Origin: Planctomycetaceae bacterium
GTDB lineage: Bacteria; Planctomycetota; Planctomycetia; Planctomycetales; Planctomycetaceae
Length of the DNA stretch: 35,562 bases
Reading direction: 5' to 3'
Assembly (NCBI GenBank): GCA_023262145.1
Contig: JALRDR010000147.1
Span: 1-35,562 of the forward strand
Part shown: positions 10,197 to 20,200 of the stretch, piece by piece
How the letters are laid out: every line of letters starts with the position of its first letter
Position numbering within the stretch: the stretch's first letter is position 1
Translations under genes and position numbers: made by a program
Notes under the pieces: model-generated
Seen by the model: the letters and a program-made list of their open reading frames with translations, nothing else
The model's database searches: none
Told to the model about the DNA's origin: nothing

Positions 10197-12050
10197 TCAG
10201 AGTGATTCCAGATATGCTTTCAGCAGACCGATCTCTTCGACGGGCAGTGGTGCAGACTGATCATGATGAGATGATCGCAGCACATCTTCCAGTGTGTCGG
10301 CTCGACCATCATGAAACCATGGTCTACGCTGGCTGACACCTCGCAGGGATGGCGGGTTAAAGTGAGTCACTCCCAGTTCATCGTGCAGTCCGGTATCCCA
10401 CGAATCAGTTGAAGTCAGGTGCACGCCGGCATGACAGTCAATGCACCCGCGCTGCTGAAACAGTTTTCGCCCGGCCTCCAGCAGCTGCTGATTCACCTGA
10501 TCGCGACGGGCAGCCTGCACAGAAGGAGGCGGAACAAGGGTCCTGAGGTAGGAGCTCAGTTCCACCACCGGCAGTTCCTCAGTCTCAAGCTGGCACTGCA
10601 TGGAAATGATCAGTGACGTCGTCACCTGCTCCTCCAGTTGCCCGCGGCCACCGGTCCATGCCCATGGCCCGGTATCACCGGTTCCCAGTAACGACAGTAC
10701 CTTCTTGGGAGCCCCGAGATCTTCATCACCAAAGGTATCGGAGAGCAGACCGTTGGTGTGTCCGTCAGTGTGGCAGGAATGACAGCTGTACCAGCCATCA
10801 AGAGACAGCGATGCGTCATAGAAGGCACGTTCGCCCTGTTCCACAGGAGTCAGTTCTCGTTGCGTGCCGAGCGAGATGATCTGACGCAGAGCAGGGGACT
10901 TGCCTTCAAGATCAATTACGGAAACTGAATCATCAAACCGGCCGGCAACAAAAACCAGCCTGCGATCAGCATCAACACAGAGTGATTCCGGGCGACGCCC
11001 AACTCGCATTCGTTCGAACGGCAGATGCCCGGCGACCCGATAGGCCACCTGGTTTGTTCCGGAGACCACCAGCATTGTGATGTCATCTGCAGTGACGATC
11101 AGCTGCCCGGGATCTCCCGAACCGATCGACGGTGTTCCCAGCGGATAGAGCCCGAATGCTGCAGCATCCGCAGTGACATCGGCGGTATCTGAACGATCTG
11201 AAATGCCGGAGTAGGATCCGCCTGCGTAGGTTTCATTGATCCGGGTCGGGCTGGAAACTGCAGCGGACTGGAATGCTGCCAGCGGGACCGTATGCAGGCT
11301 GTTTCGCATCAGCACACCCCAGAAGACGCGTTCGTAAGTCGTGAACGTGTCTGAATTGAGCGTCTGCGCTGTGACCAGAACTGAACGGCCATCGGGTCCG
11401 TGGGCCAGCCCACGGATATTGTGGCCGTTGATCTGCAGAACTGCACCTGCCTTTCCGCTGACCGTATCCACAAGACACAGGCTGCCGCCAAAACTATCCG
11501 CGACCAGCAGCTGCTGATCCTGCGTAAAGAGCAGCCGACGTGGAGCAAAATCGAGTGGGACAGCGTTGCGGATCTGTGGCAGCCCGGCGCTATTCGGCTC
11601 CAGCAGCGTCACCATTCGTGACCACAGCGAACTGACCGCAATCAGAGAACCATCATCACTGATGGCAATATCGACAGGATGATCCGCTACGGTGCAGCGG
11701 TCCAGAATCCGCATTTTTCCCTCGGCCGCAGAATACTGCAGCGTGAGCAGCTGATGCCGGCTGTTGTCCAGCACCAACAGCCGGGTTCCCCAGGATTCCA
11801 GGGCGGCGAGATGTTTCCCTGCATGGAACTCCTGAACCGTCAGCAAGCGATCGGCGTCGATCACTGAGATCGACCCGCTGCCATGATTCGCGGTGAACAC
11901 AAATCCTTCGCTCTGACAGATATCCACCGGGCGGCGAACTGCCGGCCGCTGCGGGTTGAGCTCAGGGACTGATTCGTCTGCTGCCATTGCCGACAAGGTG
12001 ATGGACAGCAGGAACGCTCCTATTTGGCAGATTTCCAGCTTGATTCGCAT
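10197..12050 (-). CDS. Di-haem cytochrome c peroxidase (CCP/MauG family) fused to an N-terminal beta-propeller-like domain; secreted
   Basis: 617 aa from ATG at 12050 (MRIKLEICQIGAFLLSITLSAMAADE, a signal peptide). The two CXXCH motifs are CHSCH (nt 10770-10784) and CIDCH (nt 10431-10445). CCP-family motifs NPPSLRGV and PWFHDGRADTLEDVL are present. The first ~400 aa are repetitive strand-rich segments (GSISVIDADR, VSVIDLEG) typical of YVTN/lactonase-type propellers. Confidence 0.8.
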   Translation of the reverse strand: MRIKLEICQIGAFLLSITLSAMAADESVPELNPQRPAVRRPVDICQSEGFVFTANHGSGSISVIDADRLLTVQEFHAGKHLAALESWGTRLLVLDNSRHQLLTLQYSAAEGKMRILDRCTVADHPVDIAISDDGSLIAVSSLWSRMVTLLEPNSAGLPQIRNAVPLDFAPRRLLFTQDQQLLVADSFGGSLCLVDTVSGKAGAVLQINGHNIRGLAHGPDGRSVLVTAQTLNSDTFTTYERVFWGVLMRNSLHTVPLAAFQSAAVSSPTRINETYAGGSYSGISDRSDTADVTADAAAFGLYPLGTPSIGSGDPGQLIVTADDITMLVVSGTNQVAYRVAGHLPFERMRVGRRPESLCVDADRRLVFVAGRFDDSVSVIDLEGKSPALRQIISLGTQRELTPVEQGERAFYDASLSLDGWYSCHSCHTDGHTNGLLSDTFGDEDLGAPKKVLSLLGTGDTGPWAWTGGRGQLEEQVTTSLIISMQCQLETEELPVVELSSYLRTLVPPPSVQAARRDQVNQQLLEAGRKLFQQRGCIDCHAGVHLTSTDSWDTGLHDELGVTHFNPPSLRGVSQRRPWFHDGRADTLEDVLRSSHHDQSAPLPVEEIGLLKAYLESL

Positions 12051-12093
12051 GATGAAAGTCTCTGTGCACAGGGAACCTGGCAGAATGTCGCCC

Positions 12094-12125
12094 ACCTTTA
12101 TAATAATCTTCATAATAATCATTCG
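12094..12125. promoter_or_regulatory. AT-rich divergent promoter region with direct repeat ATAATAATC x2 and a perfect TATAAT
   Basis: This is the only strongly AT-rich patch in the window. TATAAT lies at 12099-12104 (+). ATAATAATC occurs at 12100-12108 and 12112-12120 (12-bp period). The reverse strand reads TTATTATAAA. It sits between the divergent peroxidase (start 12050, -) and yggS (+). Confidence 0.45.
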
Positions 12126-12269
12126 AGGCATGAATTCGGAACGCAGTTTTGAGGAATCGGGAAGCCGAATGCAGACAGTCAGCAGCGGGCAGCTATGATC
12201 TTCGTGGAAACCGAACCGCTGACCGACAGCAGACCGTTCCAGCAGAACATGAAGGCACAGCAGATGCAG

Positions 12270-12974
12270 ATGTCTGAAATACTGAAGCAGAATCTGACCA
12301 CTATTCTGGACGAAATTGAACAGGCACGACGAAGATCCCCTTGTGCAGCAGGATCGGTACGTCTCGTGGCCGTCACCAAATATGCGCAGCCGGAATGGGT
12401 CGCAGCTTTGAGCCTGTTGCACCCCGTCTTCGGGGAGAATCGCCCGCAGCAACTGGCTGATCGCGCCGCGGAACTACCGCAGCAGGAATGGCACCTCATT
12501 GGCCACTTGCAACGCAACAAGGTCCGTCTGGCGGTGAATTCTGCGGCTCTGATCCATTCTGTGGACTCCATTCGCCTGCTCCAGGCAATCGACACGGCTG
12601 TGACTGCCACCAGCACTGTGCCCTCAGTCCTGTTACAGGTCAACCTGTCACGAGAGACTGAAAAAACAGGCTTCTCGTCGGAGGAGATTCAGGAGCTCTG
12701 GCCGGAGATCCTGAAATCTGCCCCTCGTGTCCGACTGCAGGGCCTGATGACCATGGCGGCCGCAACAGACGATCCGGAAGAGGCTCGGCCTGTGTTTCGT
12801 GAACTTCGAGAACTCCGCGACAAGCTGAACCAGCATCCGCATTCAGCAGCGTGCAAGGTGCGTTTGTCAGAGCTTTCAATGGGCATGAGTGGCGACTTTG
12901 TACCTGCGGTGGAAGAAGGGGCAACTCTGGTGCGAGTGGGAAGCCGGCTGTTTGCCGGGCTGCAGAGCGAGTAA
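12270..12974 (+). CDS. yggS: YggS-family pyridoxal-phosphate homeostasis protein
   Basis: VRLVAVTKY (PLP Lys), HLIGHLQRNK and LSMGMSGDF..AVEEGATLVRVGSRLFG are present. The start is ambiguous among ATGs at 12195, 12249, 12264 and 12270. I chose 12270 (MSEILKQNL...) from the typical family N-terminus. Confidence 0.8.
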   Translation: MSEILKQNLTTILDEIEQARRRSPCAAGSVRLVAVTKYAQPEWVAALSLLHPVFGENRPQQLADRAAELPQQEWHLIGHLQRNKVRLAVNSAALIHSVDSIRLLQAIDTAVTATSTVPSVLLQVNLSRETEKTGFSSEEIQELWPEILKSAPRVRLQGLMTMAAATDDPEEARPVFRELRELRDKLNQHPHSAACKVRLSELSMGMSGDFVPAVEEGATLVRVGSRLFAGLQSE

Positions 12975-13148
12975 TTTCCGGCCGTTTCTGCCGATGCATC
13001 CTGATGCACCTCCAAAACACAGCAGTCACCTCGAACAGAGATGACAGAGGATCCCGAAAATGCCGATTGTAACACGGGGGATTCTCCGGCTGACGCGGCG
13101 ATGGCGCGCTGCTGTTCCAGGTCGAATCAGAAGACATTCAGGGGCCAG

Positions 13149-14216
13149 ATGACCATGTCTACTCGTCGTATGCTGCACTGTTCTGTAATTGCTGTATTAC
13201 TGACGATGGTGTCGTCCACAGGCATGGCCGGTGAGGACCAGCCGCTGTTTTCGGACAACGCACCAGCATGGCTGCAGCCCGCAGGCAACTCCGGGCTGGT
13301 CATGATGGGCTCAACGGAGGAGACGGCAGATCAGACTTCGGAGTGGGACTTTCGCCCACTTGAACTGAACCTGTCTCCCCCGAGTACAGCAGACAACTCC
13401 TGCGGCAGCGAAGGATGCCCGGCACCATTGCAGAGATTTCGCAACGGCATGCTGCAGGGGGTGACCGTGATCGGTGGTTATCTGCATGACGACGGTCCGG
13501 AAAGCATCGCCATGTCATCCATGGATCTCTCTGCAACACTCGCGTTTCCGCTGGGAAGTTTTGACAACCTGCTGATGGTAACACCGTTCTTTCGTGCCGA
13601 TTACCTTGACGCGTCCGCAGTGCTCGATCTGCCATCAGAATTGTATGAAACGGGAGCACGGTTTTTCTGGAAGAAGAAACTCAACGATCGCTTCGGGATT
13701 CTGGGTGTCGTCACCCCGGCCGTACGAACTGACTTCAACAACTCCGAGGATGCCTTAAGGATCTTCGGACTGGGTCTGCTGACATGGCAGATACGGCCGG
13801 CAACTTTGATGCTCTCCGGAGGTCTGGTCCACACGGGTCGGGACGACTTCCCCATTCTGCCCGCTGCAGGTGTGCTCTGGACACCTGACAACAACTGGAA
13901 GATCGATCTGCAGTTTCCTTCACCAAGGATTTCTCACAGGCTCAGCCGCGAGGGAGACTGTGCCGAAACCTGGGGCTACCTGTCCGGCGTCTTCGGCGGC
14001 AACACGTGGTCGGTTCAGACGGCCAGCCGCGGAGATACACAACTGACGCTGCGGGACTACCGTCTGATGGCAGGACTGGAGCACGTGCAGACGGAAAACC
14101 GCAGTCTTTTTGCCGAATTCGGCCTCGTGTTCGGACGCAGTATCGAATTCGACGAAGTTGAGCTGGATGCTGACCTGAGCAGCACCTGGACAATTCGCGG
14201 CGGGATTTGTTTCTGA
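13149..14216 (+). CDS. Secreted hypothetical protein, putative outer-membrane beta-barrel
   Basis: 355 aa with signal peptide MTMSTRRMLHCSVIAVLLTMVSSTGMA-GE. The body has alternating-hydrophobicity strands. The C-terminus ...STWTIRGGICF ends in Phe, as in OMP beta-signal motifs. I recognise no family motif. Confidence 0.55.
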   Translation: MTMSTRRMLHCSVIAVLLTMVSSTGMAGEDQPLFSDNAPAWLQPAGNSGLVMMGSTEETADQTSEWDFRPLELNLSPPSTADNSCGSEGCPAPLQRFRNGMLQGVTVIGGYLHDDGPESIAMSSMDLSATLAFPLGSFDNLLMVTPFFRADYLDASAVLDLPSELYETGARFFWKKKLNDRFGILGVVTPAVRTDFNNSEDALRIFGLGLLTWQIRPATLMLSGGLVHTGRDDFPILPAAGVLWTPDNNWKIDLQFPSPRISHRLSREGDCAETWGYLSGVFGGNTWSVQTASRGDTQLTLRDYRLMAGLEHVQTENRSLFAEFGLVFGRSIEFDEVELDADLSSTWTIRGGICF

Positions 14217-14235
14217 CAATCTGCTGCTGCCGGTG

Positions 14236-17200
14236 TCAGCTGTCAGTACCAGAACCGCTGACCAGATCATTGCGACCGCCGATTACTTTGGTCTTCGCCC
14301 TCGCATTCGGGCGGTTGAATCCGGAATGTGAACGCGACTCCTCTTCCATCCATGCGGGATGCAGTTCCGATTCAGCCGCAGCTGTTTCACCGCCCAGCGG
14401 CTCTCCGGTAATGACTGTCACGGCCTCCGCTTCCAGCCGGCCGGCGGTCGCCACAGTCGCAACAAGCACCACAAAGAGCCCCAGTCCAATGGGAATAATG
14501 GTGGATAACTCCAGCCGACGGCGATAGGAGATCTGGATCGTATCAAAGGCCACGGGACGCTGCCTGACTCGCCGCATCTGTCGCTCAGCACCCTGGGTCG
14601 TCAGAAACGCCTGCGACTGCCCTGCGAGTGCTGCAGCCTGCTCGTTGCCGCGCAGAATCAACTGGCCACCGTCGGCTCCCACACTGTTTTCAAGCAGCCG
14701 ATAACCCAGCCGCAGGTCTTCTTCCAGCCGCTGCATCTGTTCCTCGGCAGTGAGCGATACTGCGGTACCACTGATTGATGGAACTTCCTTGTAGGAAGAA
14801 ACCATCGACAGGGAATGTCGCATCTCACAGTCACGCACCGCTGGGAGCGAGAAACTGAACTTCATTGCGAAGGGAGAAACGTCAGCTCTGGTTCCCAGCC
14901 AACGCAACCTCAGCGCTGTTTCCGGTCCCTCAATTTTCAGAAGCAGATGACGTCGTTGCGAATCCTCCCAGCGCACATTTTCGTCCGTCGGGAGATCCAG
15001 AATGACAGTGTTCTCCGGGATTGAGACCACACACCGAATGGGCCAGCGACGGCTGAAAATACGAAAGTCAGTGATCGCTCCGGGGGAGTCATCTTCCTGT
15101 ACAAACATTGAAGTCATTGCCACCGCATACAGCTTATCTGCAGCAGACTCAGAGGGACTTTGTTCCCGCCGACGAGCCAGAACCAGTTCCGTAGGTTCTG
15201 TGAGCTGCGCCCGGGACATCGTCAGCACTTCCTGCAGCTCGCGATCCGCCGGCAATAAGCCAAGATTATCTGCTGCAGCGATCCCCCACACCTGCTCCTC
15301 CGGCGTTTCAGCTGTCAGCTGTGCCGACGCTTCTGAAACAATCAGATGATCCCAGCTTTGCCACTTCAATGAGGAGTCAAACTCCGGCCACGGACACCGG
15401 CTGGAATCCTCGGCTCCGCTGGACTCACCTTCTGCCGGCAACACCCACGCCACGAAGAACTGAGTCTGCTCGGACAAATCCGCAGCACCGCTGCCCACCG
15501 GCACGAATTGACCATCAGCCATGGCCAGCGGGATCCGTGTCTGATCTGCCAGGATGAGTGGCTCCGCCAGCAACCCGGCATCGTCCGGGAACTTCATACC
15601 AAAGCTTCCCTGCTGACCAGACCAGCGAGAAACCCTGGCCACAAAGACAATCCGATCCGGTAATGCAATCGAAATCAGCTGTCCCATGGCATCAACAGGA
15701 TTGGCTCGCCGGAGCACAAGCGGACGCTGTTCATTCAGAATCTGCAGACGCAGTTCCATACCAACCGGCAAGGAGTCTCCGGGCTCAAGCGATGGATCCG
15801 AGACGCTGTCACCCGGATCATCCAGGATGAGTCCGAGTCCGTCATTGTCTCGCAGAGACAGAGATGACTCGAGGATCTGTGAATTCGCCAGCGTAGGGCT
15901 GGAGAGTTCAATGACATCCTCATTCGGAGACAACTGGCGGTCACCAGCAACAGTAATCGCATGCAGCCCAAGCGTTCCCTCACGTAGAATGACAATCAGA
16001 TCATTGCCCTGAACATGCCAGCCGGCCAGACGGTTTGCCTCACCAGCATTCACGGTCACCGAACGCACGCGAATGCGTTCCGGGATACGAATGCTGTGGC
16101 GAAATACCGGCAGGAACGACGTTTCCACATCCAGCTGGCAACTCCAGCTCAGCAGCAGTTCAGAAAGTTCACAGGTCTGTGCAAATCGCACCTCATGGCG
16201 GCTTTCACGGGATTCCGTGCGTAATTCAAAGGCCGCATCGGCAGGTACGCGAAGCAGCGTGTCCGAGCGGCGAATCAGGTTACCCCACTCCTCAGATGCA
16301 GTACTGTACTGGGCCGGAACAGCCGCCGTGCGCTCGGGAAGCGAAGTGGAAAACACGGAATCAAAACGCGACGCAACCAGTGAACTTCCGGAAAACCGTA
16401 CCCCCCTGATCTGTTGCAGCTCGTTGATCGGTATCGTCTGGCTTGTCAGCGAGACCTCAAGCCGCGACTGCAGCTGCAATTGCAGAAAAAATGCCTCTGA
16501 AACTTCCGCAGGCATCGTAATCGTCACCTGAGCGTCTTCCGCTCGCCACAGTGCTTCGGCAGAGCTTTCTTCGTCGACCACCGTCACTCCCCTGAGGACA
16601 TAACCGGAAGGAATCTGTAATTGCAGATCACCTTCGAGGGAAGACCAGCGGGAGATACGGTAGTAACAGGTCAGTAGCTGCAGGCCCGTAGTATTCTCGC
16701 AGACGATCAGCGTATTTGCCTGCGGACGCTCAGTTTCAACCGTGACCTCACCCGCCGCTGCGTGCAGCAGACTGACGTCAATACCGGCGCTCCCGGCAAG
16801 GGTATTCAGAACAACAGGCTGCGCGAGTGATTCCCATGCGATGGTCGTGTCCGCGGTTTGTATTCTGGCAGCAGCAAACAGCTCGCGCGAACCATCCATC
16901 TGCAGCTGAAATCGAGGGCAGGGCAATGCGGGCAGACGCAGACGAAGTCCGGAGACCTGTCGCTGAATTCGCGGCCGCATGCGACACACGATTTCATGAT
17001 CAGTGAATGCTGCCACATCGTCCGCAGATGACTCCACAACCTCCGGAGTATTCGACAGTGGCTTCACTGGCAACGGCGATGACGCAGGCAGGGGAATAAG
17101 CAGCAGATCATCTCCTGCCGGATCAGGGAATACTCTGGCCCCGTCCACCTCGCATTCCACAAGCCGACAGTCCCCGGCGGGAAGTGGCAGATATGCACCC

Positions 17201-20200
17201 TGCTGCGAACTGGCCACCGTGGCAGTGATCTTCAGGATGACTTCCAGTGATTCAGCGGCATCAGGACGCAGCACCACTTCACAGCCCGTTGTCAGTGCCT
17301 GTCGAGCCAGCATCGATTCGCGGCTGGCCTGATCTCGCAGGGCATTGATTTCATCCACCGGCAGATAAATGACTCCGGCATCCGAGATAATTCCGGAGGC
17401 TGTCAGTGGAGGCCCCTGTGCCGGGCGAGAGGACTGCTGCGCGTCTGCCGTCGCACAAGGAACAACACTGAGCAGGAAGACAGTAGTCGCTGACAGAAAG
17501 CGCCGCCTCAGAGTGAAATACCGAATCTGTCGAAGTATGCCCTGCAGACCTATCAGCAACAACAGGCCAGCCCCGCTCCCCCAGAATGTGCCCTCGACTG
17601 CGACGGCAATCAGAACCGGAAGATTCAACAGAGACCCACAGGACAGCAGGAGCACAAATACTGCAAACAGCCGCTGCCGCCCAAGCACAAGACGCTGCAC
17701 GGCAAGGCAGAATCCGAGGCTGAACAGAATACTTCCGGCCAGTACTGCAGAACGACGTCGTTTCTCTGTCAGCTCCAGTTCCATCTCCTCGCGACCGGAA
17801 CTCCCCGACACCAGTGACTGCATCATCCAGCCCTGAGCCTCCGCCAGTTTCCACTCCACCAGGAATCGTCGCACTTCAACCGCATCGGCGAGACGCTGAG
17901 TACCGGTGCTGCGACTATCCACATCGCTGAAGATCGTCTGCATAGCCATGCCACTGCTGCCGTAGTGGGTGCGAAAACGCGACGTCGGAATGCGTACATC
18001 AAGGTCAGGTGAAATCAGCAGATGATGGACCGTCATCACATGCCGCGCTCCATTCAGCAACGGGGACTTCAGCTGCACTCGTCCATTGAGCGTGTCCAGA
18101 CTGCGGACTGGGTTTTCCCAGACCAGCACCAGTTGCAGGCGTTCCTGCTCTGTGGGAAGGGGAATAATCAGCTGATTCTCTTCCAGCGATGTATGCACAC
18201 GTCGCCCCGCCACCAGCACGGTTGGAATAACCCCATTCTGCACGGTAACGCTCAGCCGATCAGCAGCACCACGTCCCGAAACGTCTGCAACGGCGAGGAC
18301 TCGATGGTAAATGTCGGCGTTACGAATTCGCAGCAGGTGATACAGATGCAGGTCGACCGAACGCTCCTGCTCGGTCGCTGTCGCTGATGCAACATTGAAC
18401 TCCACGCGCCCCTGTCTCTTCGGAAGCGTCCAGCGACGCATTGCACTACTTCCGTCAACCGGCAGTTCCACGAGCGGATCAGTGCAGGCGAAAATGTCTC
18501 TGTCGTTCTGCCCGATCTCAAGTACGGCTTCGGCGAGCAGCGTCGCGTCCGGCCACGCCACCGCGGCTGTAAATCGGGAGGTTGCCGGCAGACGTGAGAC
18601 TGCAGTGACCACGATGTCCGACTCCGCTGCCCGCGGTGGAATCGGTATCTGCACGCGTACCATGTTGTCCTGCAGTTGCTCCACCTGATCCTGCGGCAGA
18701 CTGACCGGGCTGGAATCCACGGACCAGCTGATTCCTGAAAGCAGTTCCTCCGGAACAACCAGTGACAACTGTTCCCCGGCAGAAGGTGCTGGCAATTCCA
18801 GTCTTGATTCCTCGACGATGAATTCCTCGTCCATACGGAGTCGATGCCGCAGACGAATACGTCCGCGAGCGGGCGAAGACTGTTCCGGCAGCAAGGCCAT
18901 ATCATCGCCGCCGGACAACAGAATCAGCTTATCCGCCGGCAGTCTGTCCCTCGGAAACCAGCCTGCCTGCTGCTCCAGTTCCCGCTGCGTGATCGAACGA
19001 GTTGTCTGCCCCACCAGCCGAGCTGTCCCGATACCACTTCCGACTTCCGCAGAAGCCACGACAAAACTGCCCTTGCGTTCGCTGGATTGAGCCGACAGCA
19101 GCGGGATCTGCAGACGAGAGTTTCGACTATCCTGCGTATTCTGCACCAACATCTCAATCACACGGGAAGACTCCGGTTCCAGTGTTTCCGGCAGATGCAG
19201 GGTGAGCAATTGACTGGCGTCAGGCCGCTGCTCCAGCTCGTGATACAGCACTCGCTGATTTGACGCGTAGCGAGCAGAAACAATCTGCCACCCCGGGCGG
19301 ACAAGCCAGCTGACTTCGATGACGGAGGCATCGCGACAGCTGAGGTTTACAAAACAACGCACTGCCGCCGCCCGTCCTGACTGCTCCACAACAGCAACGA
19401 CAGTATCCGTGAGCTGCGCCTGCTTTCTGGAGGTCCTGACCTGTACGGTGGCATCATTCCGATAACGCAGCAGCTCAAACGATCGAGCCTGATCCGGGCC
19501 GGTAACAACATCACGTTCTACGACCCCGAACATCATCCATTCGTCCACATTGACCGTGGGCGGAAATGCGACATTGATGACGCCATGCGGGGAAAGTACT
19601 GGTCCCTGAGCGGTTTCACCCACTCGCTCCCAGCTTTGTGGGGACAGAATCGGTAACGCCCATGTTTCACTGTCCGAAACAACGGAAACTCCGGTCACTT
19701 CGAGCTGCCCGCCTGCTCCACCGCCCGGAATCCGAACCAGCACATCCTGGCTGGAATCAGCAGACTCCAGCTGCCAGTCAACCGTAGCACGGGAATTGAA
19801 TGTCACTCCGGATACTCGAGTTCCCGGAGTCACATCCAGCCGGAGTACCAATGGCTCACCGCCTGTCGCTGGCACGCCGATCGTCCAGCGGGAATTCAGA
19901 ATGTCACCGCGCAGCGTGTGACCGGCATTCAGCGACGTCAATGAGAGCGGATCCTCCGCCAGCAACTGGCGACGACGACGACAACTGAAGGTAATCCGGT
20001 CGGGAACAGAAGGCAGAATCGTCCACTTCAGTCCTTCAGCCACCGGCTCCGGGCCCACCACCAGACTTCCAGTGCCGGAAACCTCGATTGTCTCTTCCGT
20101 AATGATCTGCAGCGAAGACTGAGTTGCCTGGGGAAGTTCCAGCCGAAAGCCAACCGTATCCCCTGCCACCAGACCAGCAGCGGTCCACGTTCCTTCAAGA

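Noticed and set aside
12078-12091. A sigma-54-like TGGCAG-N..-GC string upstream of yggS
   Set aside because: The GG-to-GC spacing is one base short of the -24/-12 consensus and the TTGC element is absent. The adjacent perfect TATAAT fits a sigma-70-type promoter better.
12051-12452. The 134-codon N-terminal extension of ORF 10197..12452 (-)
   Set aside because: The extension runs through the AT-rich promoter island and overlaps the start of yggS on the other strand. Its product (..CCTRGSSSCLFNF..IIMKIIIKV..) is not protein-like. An internal ATG at 12050 gives a clean signal peptide directly before the conserved domains.
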